Below are positions 12,560 to 24,678 of a stretch of 55,940 nt of DNA, in pieces. The stretch's first letter is position 1. Each line of letters begins with the position of its first letter. Below the pieces are notes generated by a model. That model was not told the origin of the DNA. It did not search any database and saw only the letters and a program-made list of their open reading frames with translations. The translations under genes were made by a program, and so were the position numbers. The stretch is from contig MQRK01215477.1 of NCBI GenBank assembly GCA_001938485.1, positions 1 to 55,940 of the forward strand. Reading direction: 5' to 3'. This stretch comes from Girardia tigrina (lineage: Eukaryota).

Positions 12560-14000
12560 GTCAGTCATATATTAAATTAAACGGATAGAGAATCGGCAGA
12601 AAGAAAAGAAAATCCCAGAATGGCTTGATTCAAGAACATCCTCACCTCTCTGATCACTTGTAATCAGACTTAATTCCTAGTTTTCCAATCAAACCACACA
12701 GACTCAATCAAGCTTCACAACATTCTAATCAAACAACAGCAATATTTTTTTATTCACGATCTTCCAAAGGACATATTTATCCCACAGAGCGGAGTGCCTT
12801 CTTCCCTTTCGTTTTCACCAGCATCACTCTTGACCTTCCATCCAGTCCCAGGAACAACTTTCTCATTTGCCTTTATCATTTTCTTAGAGATAGTCTTTTC
12901 TTCGACTATCTTTTTTCTAAATTTCCAAATTGGATATATTTCCTGCCTCCAGATTCTTTCATTTACTCCCATTACTTCTCTGTAATTAAATCGATTGCAA
13001 TTTGCATCAAGATGCATCCCATCGCATTCAAGTTCATTAGTTTCCATTGTTACAGCAACCATCAGCAGTTCTTCGTCAATTTAAAAACATTATCCTCTTG
13101 ATCAATGCATATCTCTTTAACATCATCTTCCAATTTCACACCTTCGTCTATCTCTTCTTTCATTAACAATTTCACACAAACATTTTCAAATTCCCTCTTG
13201 CCATTTTCTTAATCCTTTGAGTTGTCTGGTTCAAACATCCATTATTTGCTCAGGTTCACATTCTAGTTGAGTCATTTCAACCGTTGTAACATCAGTTAAA
13301 TTTATATTCAATTGTTTCTCTTTGAATTCATTAATATTTTTAATTGATCACTACGAGACTCCTTAAAAGCTTCTTTTAAATTTTCAACGTCCTATGTTAC
13401 TTCTCTATCCTAAACGAATTCACACAATTATGTTGTCTCCTTGACAATTCTTCATCACAGTTTCTTCTGCAATTGCTTGTTACAATGACATTAAGACTTC
13501 TTGATTTGCAGTGTCTTAATTTTCGAGACTTACTTGTCGTGCCCCCGATTCCAGATATCATAACCAAATAAAAAACTAATTAAATAAATTTTAATAATAG
13601 AAAATATTATCCGCGTCCAAACGACTAGCTTTTAAACATCCTGCTTCTACAAATAATTGTGCTTGCAATTACAAATTTTAAATTCATTTTCTTCATCTTT
13701 ATTTTCCAAAATATCAACAACTCAAACAGTTTTCAAATTGTCGAGATTTATATTTTCTTTTGTTTTGAGCTGCTTCAAAATATCTCAAACACTCTGGCGA
13801 CACCAATTTTTCACTAACTCTTAGTGCAATCATCACATTGTCTTTATTGTACATTGAGTTTTAAACAACGGGACCTGAACAGCAGGACGGATCAAACGTC
13901 AAAAAATTACGTTGGATCTGTTTCATTCCGGTTGTATTTACGATTGATGTGAAAATCGATTTAACCGGTCACCGGGTCAACCGTTCGGTTAAATAATCAA
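12560..14000 (-). mobile_element. Possible degenerate LTR-retroelement 5' region (Glu/Lys-rich gag-like reading frames)
   Basis: Broken E/K-rich minus-strand frames at 12600-13550. PBS-like TGGTGTCGCCAG at 13794-13805. No catalytic motif seen. Confidence 0.3.
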
Positions 14001-14410
14001 TCAACAAGTGGTACGAGCGAAAAGATGAAAATAAATGATATATTCTTTATTTATATTCCAAAAATAATTTCATAAATAGTTATTTATTTATCACCATTTA
14101 TTGTTAGAACCTTATAAGTTCATAAAGTTTTCATTTATGAGCTTATTTATTTAGCATATTTAAACAAAATTTTAAAATCATTGTTTTGGTTAATTTCGAC
14201 ATTTCGTTTTTTGCGAAATGAAATTTTTAATATTTAGTTTTTTGTGGTTAATGATGCAACAACAGATCACAGAGATTACCAGAGATGTCCTAACTTTCAA
14301 CCCAAGAATACCAGAGCCGAAAAACAATCACAGTAAAGATTTCATAGAAGGTGAGACAACGTAGAGATTGATTGATGGAAAGAAGAGATTCATGACAAGA
14401 GCTTATAATA

Positions 14411-14866
14411 TTAGGGTGAACCAAAAGTCTTTTCGTATTTTCTACGTCTTTTTGTTTAATTGTTTCTTATTACCAAATAAATATATTTTATATACATGTG
14501 TTATATTTTTTAAAGCTCATTAACTGCTCTATTACAATATATATTAAAACTTCTAATTAGTCGTTAATATAATTTTTATGATCTTTTAGAAAAATCATGG
14601 AAAATTTTGAAATTCGTGTTCTTTTACGCCATTACTGGAAACATGGCTTAAACGAAACTACAGCAAGGAAGAAGATATGCGAAGTTGAAGGCAATAATGG
14701 GGTTTCAAATTGTACTGCACAAAATTGGTTCAAAAGGTTCAACGAAGGCGACATTGACCTCGGAGACAATGCACGTTCAGGTCGACCTATCACCGTAGAT
14801 TCCGGAGCAATTCGTGAAGCCGTCGAGACAAATCCGTCAATAAGTACTCGCAGATTCAGTGACGTC
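14411..14866 (+). mobile_element. Mariner 5' fragment (TIR plus HTH), same family as 31949-32894
   Basis: TA|TTAGGGTGAACCAAAAGTCTTTTCGTATTT. ORF MENFEIRVLLRHYWK...WFKRFNEGD..L.D.ARSGRP. Confidence 0.9.
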
Positions 14867-15360
14867 TAATTGAATCTATCTGTAAATTAAAAAAACAACA
14901 CTAAATCACTATTTCTGTTTAACAAATCTGCATAAAATACTATTGTTACAATTTCTACATATCATTTACGGCATCAATGCACGCCATGAAAAGGCTTTCC
15001 AGTTTTCATATTTTATCACATTTCTGTCAAAGGTTGGAATATGAAGCTTTTGAAAATATTCAAAAACTTTATTGTTGTTATTGAGACACGATTCACGGGA
15101 CAATTGTATTTCTTTTTTCTACCATTATACTGCAATCATTATATTTTACTCGTTTTATCTGTATATTGTATTTTGTATATTTTACATTGTAAAATTTTGT
15201 TACTTGGTTATTGTTATTGTAAATTTTTATCGTACATGAATTTAATGGATCTAGGACAGAAACCCCTCGGTCAAAAACCCACCGGACAAAAATCACCGAA
15301 AGAAAATTTGAATCTGTATACTTTTTTTCTTGGATTTTTAACGGATGACCGGTAAAAATA

Positions 15361-16657
15361 TTGGGTGTACAACTAATTAATTTCGTATTTTTTTTGTTAA
15401 AAAAACCATTTATTTAAGTATAAAAGTGAAAAAATATTTTATTCAAAATATTGTCCATCGGAAGCGGCAACTNNNNNNNNNNNNNNNNNNNNNNNNNNNN
15501 NNNNNNNNNNNNNNNNNNNNNNNNNNNNNNNNNNNNNNNNNNNNNNNNNNNNNNNNNNNNNNNNNNNNNNNNNNNNNNNNNNNNNNNNNNNNNNNNNNNN
15601 NNNNNNNNNNNNNNNNNNNNNNNNNNNNNNNNNNNNNNNNNNNNNNNNNNNNNNNNNNNNNNNNNNNNNNNNNNNNNNNNNNNNNNNNNNNNNNNNNNNN
15701 NNNNNNNNNNNNNNNNNNNNNNNNNNNNNNNNNNNNNNNNNNNNNNNNNNNNNNNNNNNNNNNNNNNNNNNNNNNNNNNNNNNNNNNNNNNNNNNNNNNN
15801 NNNNNNNNNNNNNNNNNNNNNNNNNNNNNNNNNNNNNNNNNNNNNNNNNNNNNNNNNNNNNNNNNNNNNNNNNNNNNNNNNNNNNNNNNNNNNNNNNNNN
15901 NNNNNNNNNNNNNNNNNNNNNNNNNNNNNNNNNNNNNNNNNNNNNNNNNNNNNNNNNNNNNNNNNNNNNNNNNNNNNNNNNNNNNNNNNNNNNNNNNNNN
16001 NNNNNNNNNNNNNNNNNNNNNNNNNNNNNNNNNNNNNNNNNNNNNNNNNNNNNNNNNNNNNNNNNNNNNNNNNNNNNNNNNNNNNNNNNNNNNNNNNNNN
16101 NNNNNNNNNNNNNNNNNNNNNNNNNNNNNNNNNNNNNNNNNNNNNNNNNNNNNNNNNNNNNNNNNNNNNNNNNNNNNNNNNNNNNNNNNNNNNNNNNNNN
16201 NNNNNNNNNNNNNNNNNNNNNNNNNNNNNNNNNNNNNNNNNNNNNNNNNNNNNNNNNNNNNNNNNNNNNGTCTTCTGTGTCAAAATCGCCACTTTTAAAT
16301 CGTGCAAACCACTACTGACATACTCTAACCTCTGGAGCATATTCAGGATAAGCTTCTGAGAGTAAACGATATGCTTCTGTTGCACTTTACCTTAAATTAA
16401 CGAACAAAAGCAAACCTCCCCGCAAATGCTGTTTTGTTGGAACGTAATTTGACATTTTGACTGTAATAAAAAAAATTTGTGTGTTTACTAAAATTCAATA
16501 AAATTGACTATTGACTACATAAATAAATATGAGGTTAGTAACAAATTCGAAATGAGGTAGCAAATATGAAATGAGGTAACAAATATGAAATGAGGTAACA
16601 AATACGAATATAAGGTTATTTCGTAACAAATACGAAATTAATTAGTTGTACACCTAA
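15361..16657 (-). mobile_element. Full-length-sized mariner, mauritiana (Mos1)-like, mostly within an N gap
   Basis: TIRs TA|TTGGGTGTACAACTAATTAATTTCGTA and TACGAAATTAATTAGTTGTACACCTAA|TA. The N-terminus MSNYVPTKQH...SATEAYRLLSEAYPE...WFARFKSGDFDTED resembles Mos1 and has in-frame stops. Confidence 0.88.
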
Positions 16658-16680
16658 TATAAGTGCAGTATACTTGCACA

Positions 16681-16731
16681 CCCTAATCCTAACCATAACC
16701 TAAACCCTAACTTAAACCCTAATCCTAACCC
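16681..16731. repeat. Degenerate interstitial (CCCTAA)n-like tract
   Basis: ccctaa tcctaa ccataa cctaaa ccctaa cttaaa ccctaa tcctaa ccc. Confidence 0.8.
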
Positions 16732-18297
16732 GGAAATAATAACTTTGGTCTCCATTGTTGGATCTTTATTATTTTTTGCAATAAAGGATTGATGTTAGGG
16801 GATATTTGTCGGAGGTATATGTCAGGAGGTTTTTGACGTGTTCCCAATATATATGTCGAAAACAAAAAAATTAATGTTTAATAAAGAAATTAAATTATTG
16901 AAAATGGTCAAAATAAATTTTTATCCTCTTGACTTACTTATTTTTTAAGGAAAATTTTTTATCTCAATTTTTGCCAGTTGGAATCACATGGTTTTGCAAA
17001 TTTATGACTACATTAAATAAGGTTTAATACAACTGTGAGGAATATTTTAAATTTGGTATGTTGAAATCGGTTTGTTGAATTTTGTATGTTGAGTTTAGTA
17101 TTTGGAAATGTGTTTCTCCCACCCAGGTGGAAAATTGATTTCACGATAAATAAGGTGTTCACGATAAATAATTATTCGAGTATAATTTGCATCTTAAAGA
17201 ACAACATAAGATATTTAAAAACTTTAAAAATATTAAATCGTTTCAAATTTTCATATTAAAATTTAAATAAAGTAAATAGTTTTAACTAAGTTTTGAATTA
17301 AATAAATGTTCTTTCTTTCCATAAAATAATTTTTTAAATAAATTAATATGTAAATAAAATTATTACTAAAATTACAAAATTTGAACTTTACAAATAAAAT
17401 CTGAAAATAATGAAAAATTTGTTCGAATAATTGTTTATTAAAAAACATTAACTAAAAGTTATCAATTTAGAATGATGTCGAATTACGAAAGTTTTGCTGA
17501 GAGTTGTCCAAAAGACAATTCTGATTGTATTGAAAATAAAAGTTCGAAAACCCATGTTGGTGTTCTTAATAGCAAAATATTAAAAAGAAAAAACAAAATA
17601 AACTTTAATATTTGTTCAATAAAAAAGTTTTGGAAGTTTGTAAAATACTTCTTAATTAACACCTATTAAAAATATCTGTATATCTTAACTTACATTATAC
17701 TGATCTGTTAAATGAAATAGTATCTACTTGAGGTACTAGTTACTGGACCGAGCTGCGGTAATCAGGACCTCGTAATCGTGCGGCAAATTTCTGACCAGAG
17801 GAGTCGTCCGACCATATTGCGAGCGCTCATAAACCGGTTGGACCCAGTTACCAAAGGTCAGAATGCATGCGAATGTCGGTCTCCTAACCAGCTCGTGAGA
17901 GTTCCCCGTTCGGTGTCTATGTCTATTCCCCGTTTAGGATGACTATGGGTACGATCGATCCATCAGCTTATGCCCCGATGGTGCACTCGACTAGTTCGAG
18001 TGAATCGACCGTGTACCAATACCACGAGTGAGACGGCGGTAGGTTCTGCCCGAATATATGGCGCAATTTTTCATCCGTGTAGGGATCGAAAATGACTACA
18101 TATGATTTAAAATTCGAGTTGATTAAAAGTTGATTTATTATTAGAAACATTAAACTAGATTCAAAATTCAAAACTGCTTCATAACTAACATTTTAGTTAA
18201 ACAACTGTTAATTTTTAATATTGTTAATGTTTTTTTAATATTAATTTCACAGAATTACCACACAACTATTTTAAAATAGATATTTAAATGGGGTTTT

Positions 18298-19228
18298 AAT
18301 GGAAAACGAGCATAGAAAACAAAAAGCTCGAAAAACTTTATCAAAGTTAGAGCATGATCTCGAAGGAGACAGTATTAATCGCGTTGCAGCGAAAAACAAA
18401 GAAATACCTGCGCCGTTATAAATTAAACAGTGAAAAACAGTGAGCAAGCGTCATTTAACGCGATTTCATTAAACAAAGCGTTGATGTTAAAAGAGGCCGG
18501 TGACGCAGTTACTAGTGTAAACAATCGGCAATAGTCCGTTTCATCTGTGCGTAGGAAATTGAAAAAAAAATGAAAATAACAAGAAAAAGGTTGTCATTAG
18601 TTCGAATTGAGATAAATACTACTGAAAAATTTGATGCGCCTACAATATATATGACACGCATCTATCGATGATCGCAAATGAAAATCTGATTTTTTTAGAT
18701 GAAACAGGGTTTAATGAAAATAGCCCGTCGTATTTACGAGTATTCATCCGAAAACTCAAAAGCTTTTATTGCTGTTCCTGTAAACAGTATAGTAATAAAA
18801 GCTTACTTTGCGCCATAAGCGTCAATAGAGTGATATCATTTTCCAAAAACAAAGTGCTTACAACCAAGATTTATTTAAAACATTTATTACAGAAGATCTT
18901 GTACAGCATTTTCAACACAACCATGGCCATTTCCTTCTAATTGATAACGTAAGTTTCCATAAATCAGTGACTTTTTTGAGTTTTTAAGAACAAACAATAT
19001 TGCACATAAATTTCTCGTTTCATATTCGCCCGAACTTCTTCAATCAAATAGAAGTTTTATTTTCGTCTTTGAAAACCAAAATTCATGCTTTGAAAATTTC
19101 AGAGCCTATATTATCTATTATGCCATGCTTTGATGAACTTCTTGGGTTTACTAAAAATTATGCAATGACTTGTTCAGGTTTCGATAGTCATTTGAGAGAA
19201 TGACTTGAAAAAGCCCAAAGACGTTAAT
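18298..19228 (+). mobile_element. Tc1/IS630-like transposase pseudogene
   Basis: LIFLDETGFN...SLLCAIS...LLIDNVSFHKS...NQIEVLFSSLK, read across frameshifts. Confidence 0.75.
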
Positions 19229-19259
19229 TACACATCATTTTTACTTCTTTTAATTAGGA

Positions 19260-19790
19260 TTCTGTTCATACCAGATCTACAAACTCTCGATAGTTCTGAC
19301 ATAACTCCAAATCTAAAGCGTCCATTATCAAATGCCTCCTAGCTTCTGAGTCGAATCCACTCCTAGAAGTAAAAATCTTCGGGCAACGCATCCATTAATA
19401 CACAATTCAGTTTTATCTCCTTATCCTCACAGCTGAAATTAATCTCACACGATCCAGTTGTCACCTCTGATACATTGGCCAGTGCAATTCTGCAGTTACC
19501 CCCTCGAGTGGAAGACCCTTCTACCTTACTTCTTATGACAATTGATCGAGAGCACCCCATGCCTACCAAACTTATACTCCACTCACCATTCCCCAAACAA
19601 TGTATCACATGAAGCAAATTTAATCCATTTTAGAAGCCGCTATCTTTGACGCTTCTACGCTTATGTTTCCCGTCTTAAAAAAGCTTGCGATATATCCTTT
19701 TTTTGCTGCACTTCAAACAATTAAAATCCATAAGTATGGGAGGATCTTAAGGATTATCTCTTTTACCTATTTGTTGGTATATCGGTGTGA
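19260..19790 (-). mobile_element. Ty3/gypsy gag zinc knuckle plus aspartic protease remnant
   Basis: Degenerate knuckle CLKCSKKGYIASF. Protease motif LVGMGCSRSIV (from LVDTGCSRSIV) and a downstream LGVD. Confidence 0.6.
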
Positions 19791-22700
19791 TTAAATTAAA
19801 ATAGCAAATAGAAATAAAGAAATAAGATTTAAATATTTAATTTTTAATATAAAATGTACAAAAATTTTTAAGAAGTATAAATTTCTAGGAAAGGTATTTA
19901 AGGTCTTAACCTATATTATGAATTTGTAGTTTTGGTAGGACGGGAAAAGAAATTCTTTTACCAGAATGAATTTTAATATAACAATATAGTGATTTTAGTA
20001 TATATAATTTATATACTTCGCACCTTTAATTCTCTTTTCCAATCGAGGTTTTAATACAATTTTTTTCTCTCCTTTCTCAAGTGCATCTGGATCTTTTTAT
20101 AGCCAATTTTGACCGATTTAATGACTAGGCTGTCAGATTTAATTTATTCAATAGCTAGGCTGTCAGATTTATTCTCTCCGAAAATTAAGATTAGATAAAA
20201 TTTTCTTAATTAAATTTCGTCCTTGAAACTTTTCTTAATTTTCTGGATATTATTAATAATTAAGGGCCTTTTCTTTCTGAAGATCATTCCTTTTTATACT
20301 CTTTCCTTACGTTTTATTTTTCTTATTTACTTGTTAAATTAATTAGATTATCTCTCTATGATAAATATTTCTTGTTTTATTCTTGATTGTTTATTTTTCT
20401 AATTATTTCTAATTTAGTTATTTATATATAATTTATATTTAATTTAATAAAAAGATAAATAAAATCTTATTTTATCTTATGAATTAAAATAACTACTTTT
20501 ATTTTTTATATTTTATATTTACCTCAACATTTTGATCATCTTGATCATCGGACCTAGGTCGTTTTTTAGTTATTAGCACATTCTTTAAAGATGATTTTCC
20601 CTTTGTGATCATTTAGACTCACCATCGATATCTCTTTATCATTATTGGTAATGTTGATATACGGGTGACTGATTTCGATCATTTTGTTCCAACTTTGGGT
20701 ACCTTTCTTTTCGATTTCTAACGTGATTAACGGTTAAAAATTCTGCATGTTATGAACTCAAAACTTTCTTCGCTAATCTAGAAACTTCAGCAGCATTTTC
20801 GTCGATTGTATCGAAATTGAATATTTTATTTCCTTCAGTTTACGGTACACTTACCGAAATCTCACACCGTAAGTAACATGCGATACTCGAAAAACTTCAG
20901 GCGCATTTCTTTGTTTTTCTTCCAGAAGCTCCATGTAAATACTGAGAGCTTATTCCTTTTTCAAAAATGGAAATAACATAGACATGTCCCTTACCTGATG
21001 AATTAAGGTCATCGTTTCGAATCACTTTTTTCGTAACTCCCATGAATTATTTCCATTAATTTTTTTTTAAAAACTCCAAAAAAACTCAAATTTTACACTT
21101 GACATGCCCGGATATCTTGAATTATCAGAGTAAATTAAAATAATTAAACTTTATTTAGAATACAAATATGTTTCTATATATAACAAACTTTTTTAAATCA
21201 AACGAATGTGAAAATATTTGATTGTATTTATACATATTTAATAAGCAAAATTAATTCCAACGCATAATCTGAAAACTTAGAACAATCTTATTCAGACTTA
21301 TACTAAACAATAATATTTTTCAATAATAACCTCAAAATTTTGAAATAGAGTGAAGAAACAGCCATATATACATGATTAACAAACAACCTGTTCTTTAATC
21401 GAAAATGAAACAAATAAACCAATTTCAAATCAAATACCTGAATGAGATTTAATCAATGTCAAAATAATATAAACTGGTCATTCTCCAGCACAACCCCCAA
21501 TATTCTTCTCCACATCCTAAATTGGTAAACATTGATTTACGTGAACATTAAATTCTAAAACGGTTCGGTATCATAAAATTCCCGAATCATGAATTCACTA
21601 AATTAATTCGGTAAATCTTTGACAAATGAATGTATAAAAATCGGAAAGATGGAAACATATTTGTTCGATTCACGATCGTCTATCAGAAAATGTGAATATT
21701 TCCCGAATTAATTCCATCAATTCGTCGTTTGTTTAAATGAATTACATATTCAAATCGGTATCGTGAAAATAAACAACATTCACTTACGAAGCGGAATTTC
21801 TGATGATTACGAGGTAATTTGATTTTGACGATCGATTTGTCAGTGATTTGGGATATAGTTAATTTTGGGTCCCCACCCGAGAAAAAACATATAAATCGTA
21901 AATATTACTGTGATACCGGGAAACTGCCTCAAAACCAACTATACCAAACTTGATTAATCATACTTAAATATTCATAATTAATACTTATTATCGATTATGT
22001 TGTCGATAGTTTTACCAAGTAATGATTAATCATTGTGTAAATGCAAATATCGAATGTCGATTGTGTTATTATATCCAAAATTTTAATATTTAGTGTAATT
22101 TTTTAATGAAATCGAAATTGTGAGAGTTTTTGTTGATTATCATCACTCGACCGGGATTTACTTGACCTAAATCACAAACTATAATTAATTTAATGAGTGT
22201 GCAATGCGATTTGTTTACAGAAATAGAACCAGCTCGTCAAGACGAGCATTTTGATGCGTAGCAAAGATTGTTGCTCGACAAGCGCTTTTGAAATATTTTA
22301 ATTTTATTCTTTTAAAAATATTTAATTTTTATTTTAATTTTTTGTAATACTAAGAAAAGATTTTAAAATATTATAATAAATATTAATTGAAAAATATTAT
22401 CAAAACATAAAAATTATATATATATATATATNNNNNNNNNNNNNNNNNNNNNNNNNNNNNNNNNNNNNNNNNNNNNNNNNNNNNNNNNNNNNNNNNNNNN
22501 NNNNNNNNNNNNNNNNNNNNNNNNNNNNNNNNNNNNNNNNNNNNNNNNNNNNNNNNNNNNNNNNNNNNNNNNNNNNNNNNNNNNNNNNNNNNNNNNNNNN
22601 NNNNNNNNNNNNNNNNNNNNNNNNNNNNNNNNNNNNNNNNNNNNNNNNNNNNNNNNNNNNNNNNNNNNNNNNNNNNNNNNNNNNNNNNNNNNNNNNNNNN

Positions 22701-23032
22701 NNNNNNNNNNNNNNNNNNNNNNNNNNNNNNNNNNNNNNNNNNNNNNNNNNNNNNNNNNNNNNNNNNNNNNNNNNNNNNNNNNNNNNNNNNNNNNNNNNNN
22801 NNNNNNNNNNNNNNNNNNNNNNNNNNNNNNNNNNNNNNNNNNNNNNNNNNNNNNNNNNNNNNNNNNNNNNNNNNNNNNNNNNNNNNNNNNNNNNNNNNNN
22901 NNNNNNNNNNNNNNNNNNNNNNNNNNNNNNNNNNNNNNNNNNNNNNNNNNNNNNNNNNNNNNNNNNNNNNNNNNNNNNNNNNNNNNNNNNNNNNNNNNNN
23001 NNNNNNNNNNNNNNNNNNNNNNNNNNNNNNNN

Positions 23033-23076
<44 letters not shown>

Positions 23077-23324
23077 TAAAAATTCCATTTTTAACTTCCA
23101 TTATTCTATTGCTAAACTTGAAAAATAAAATATATCGTTTGTTTTCGTTGATAAAAGTTTTATAATTTTAATATTTCGTACATAAATATTTCTAGTCTGG
23201 TATACTTTAGAATGATATTACTGAAATAATTATTTGATAAACCGCTTTTTTAAAGAAATTGTTCATATAATTTATAATATATTAACAATTAAAAAAGCGC
23301 TTTATCAAATATTTATTCCAATAT

Positions 23325-23440
23325 ATATCACTACCAGCAAAACCATATAAAGCATGGACAAGACAAAAAGAAGTGAAACAATGTGGGAATGCAAATTCTG
23401 TCTTGTTTATGAATGTTTCAAAATTTATCACACTTACAGA
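23325..23440 (+). mobile_element. piggyBac transposase C-terminal Cys-rich remnant
   Basis: KRSETMWECKFCL..ECFKIYHT matches the piggyBac R.ET...C..C...LC...CF..YH pattern. Confidence 0.6.
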
Positions 23441-24139
23441 TTATTAAAAATATTGATAATTGTCCGTAATTTACATTTATGAATAATTTTTTACTATATT
23501 TGAGTTTATTTTTCCATTAAAATATATACAAGTCTATCATTTTTTAAATTAGCTGATAGATTAATAATAAAATAAAATAAATAAATATGATGTATAAATT
23601 TAATTTTTAAAATTCATTTTTAAAGATTCTCTAAAGATAATGAAAAAGATGTAAAGGAAGCTCTAAAAAACTATTGCATTTTGTCCGACGATAATGAGAG
23701 ACAAATACAGACACAATGGGTTAAGACAATTTTTGTAAAAAATCTTAGCATAAATTTAAAAATAGATTTTTCTAAAATTCTCTTTAGATTCTCATTAGAA
23801 ATTCTCATTCAAATGAAAATCGATTATGAATTTTATTATTATTATGTAAAACTGAATTTTATATTTTGGTGAATTTTTATGAAATCGAAAAATCGTGAGT
23901 TTTTATTGATTATGTTAGTATCATTTACAGGAATTACATTTATTTTTCATTTCGCTGACCGAGATTTAAATAATTTAATTTTGAGTAAATTTTCAATTAA
24001 ATATTATAAATATTTTGAAGTAAATATTAAAATTACAAATTGAATATATAAAAAAATTATATTGATGATAGAATGTCCACAACGGTATCGCTGTGGCACA
24101 ATGATGCTGAGAGGTGGTCCTCAGGTCGTGGGGAAAAAA

Positions 24140-24610
24140 TATTTTGATCTCACCCGAAGAGGATTCGCACAAATAACGTTCATTATCGTTGCCTTCAAAT
24201 ATTACTTTCATTTTACCAGTGAGCAGATACGATGAATAAAAACCGATATCAAATTGTCTAATCATTGAAATATCGCATTCTGTTTGCAGGGCCTACATGA
24301 ATACTTTCCTTCCAGATCGGTCAATCTTTTCACCACGCTTTTATCACACCAATTTCGGTATTGATTAACGTCCTGGGGTAGCTTTGTCTAGAATGATTTG
24401 ATCTTTAATTCCTTGGCAGTATTCAAGACGGATGGATCAGTCAGGCTTTTGTTGCGAATTTCATCAAGGGCATCACTGGAAATCGAAATCAATTCCTGAA
24501 CATAATTTTTGAATTGATATAGTTGAAGGCAGCTTTTATAACCCTTCCAAGTTAACAATGCACTGTAGAACTGAATAATTTTCTTTGAAGTTGATATATG
24601 AACTTAATTG
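24140..24610 (-). pseudogene. HSP90: HSP90 N-terminal ATPase-domain pseudogene fragment
   Basis: [34 protein letters not shown]...VFM*ALQTECDISMIRQFDIGFYSSYLL...NDNERYLCESSSG versus canonical [31 protein letters not shown]...[27 protein letters not shown]...NDDEQYAWESSAGG. Contains stops and frameshifts. Confidence 0.9.
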
Positions 24611-24678
24611 AGTCTCATAAACCAAATATGTTGTTGCAGAATTTATAGTATTTTTAAAAGAATCAAATCGTTGGTTAA

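Larger units (their letters stand above)
15247..16845. mobile_element. Mutator/Phantom-like non-autonomous element with sub-repeated TIRs, hosting a mariner
   Basis: Left GGACAGAAACCCCTC-GGTCAAAAACCCACC-GGACAAAAATCACC. Right inverted GGGGATATTTGTC-GGAGGTATATGTC-AGGAGGTTTTTGAC. No clean TSD found. Confidence 0.5.

Noticed and set aside
15414-16385. Long X-filled ORFs in the track (also 22400-23101 and 43726-44271)
   Set aside because: Artefacts of translating N gaps and adjacent (AT)n tracts.
17860-17990. RNase MRP/P-like GAGAGTTCCCCG motif
   Set aside because: The partner P4 strand is not present in the right order on the same strand.
21430-21950. Minus-strand exon-like blocks with GTAAGT/GTATTT donors
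   Set aside because: No stop-free spliced frame or recognisable product could be assembled; a non-coding transcript is not excluded.
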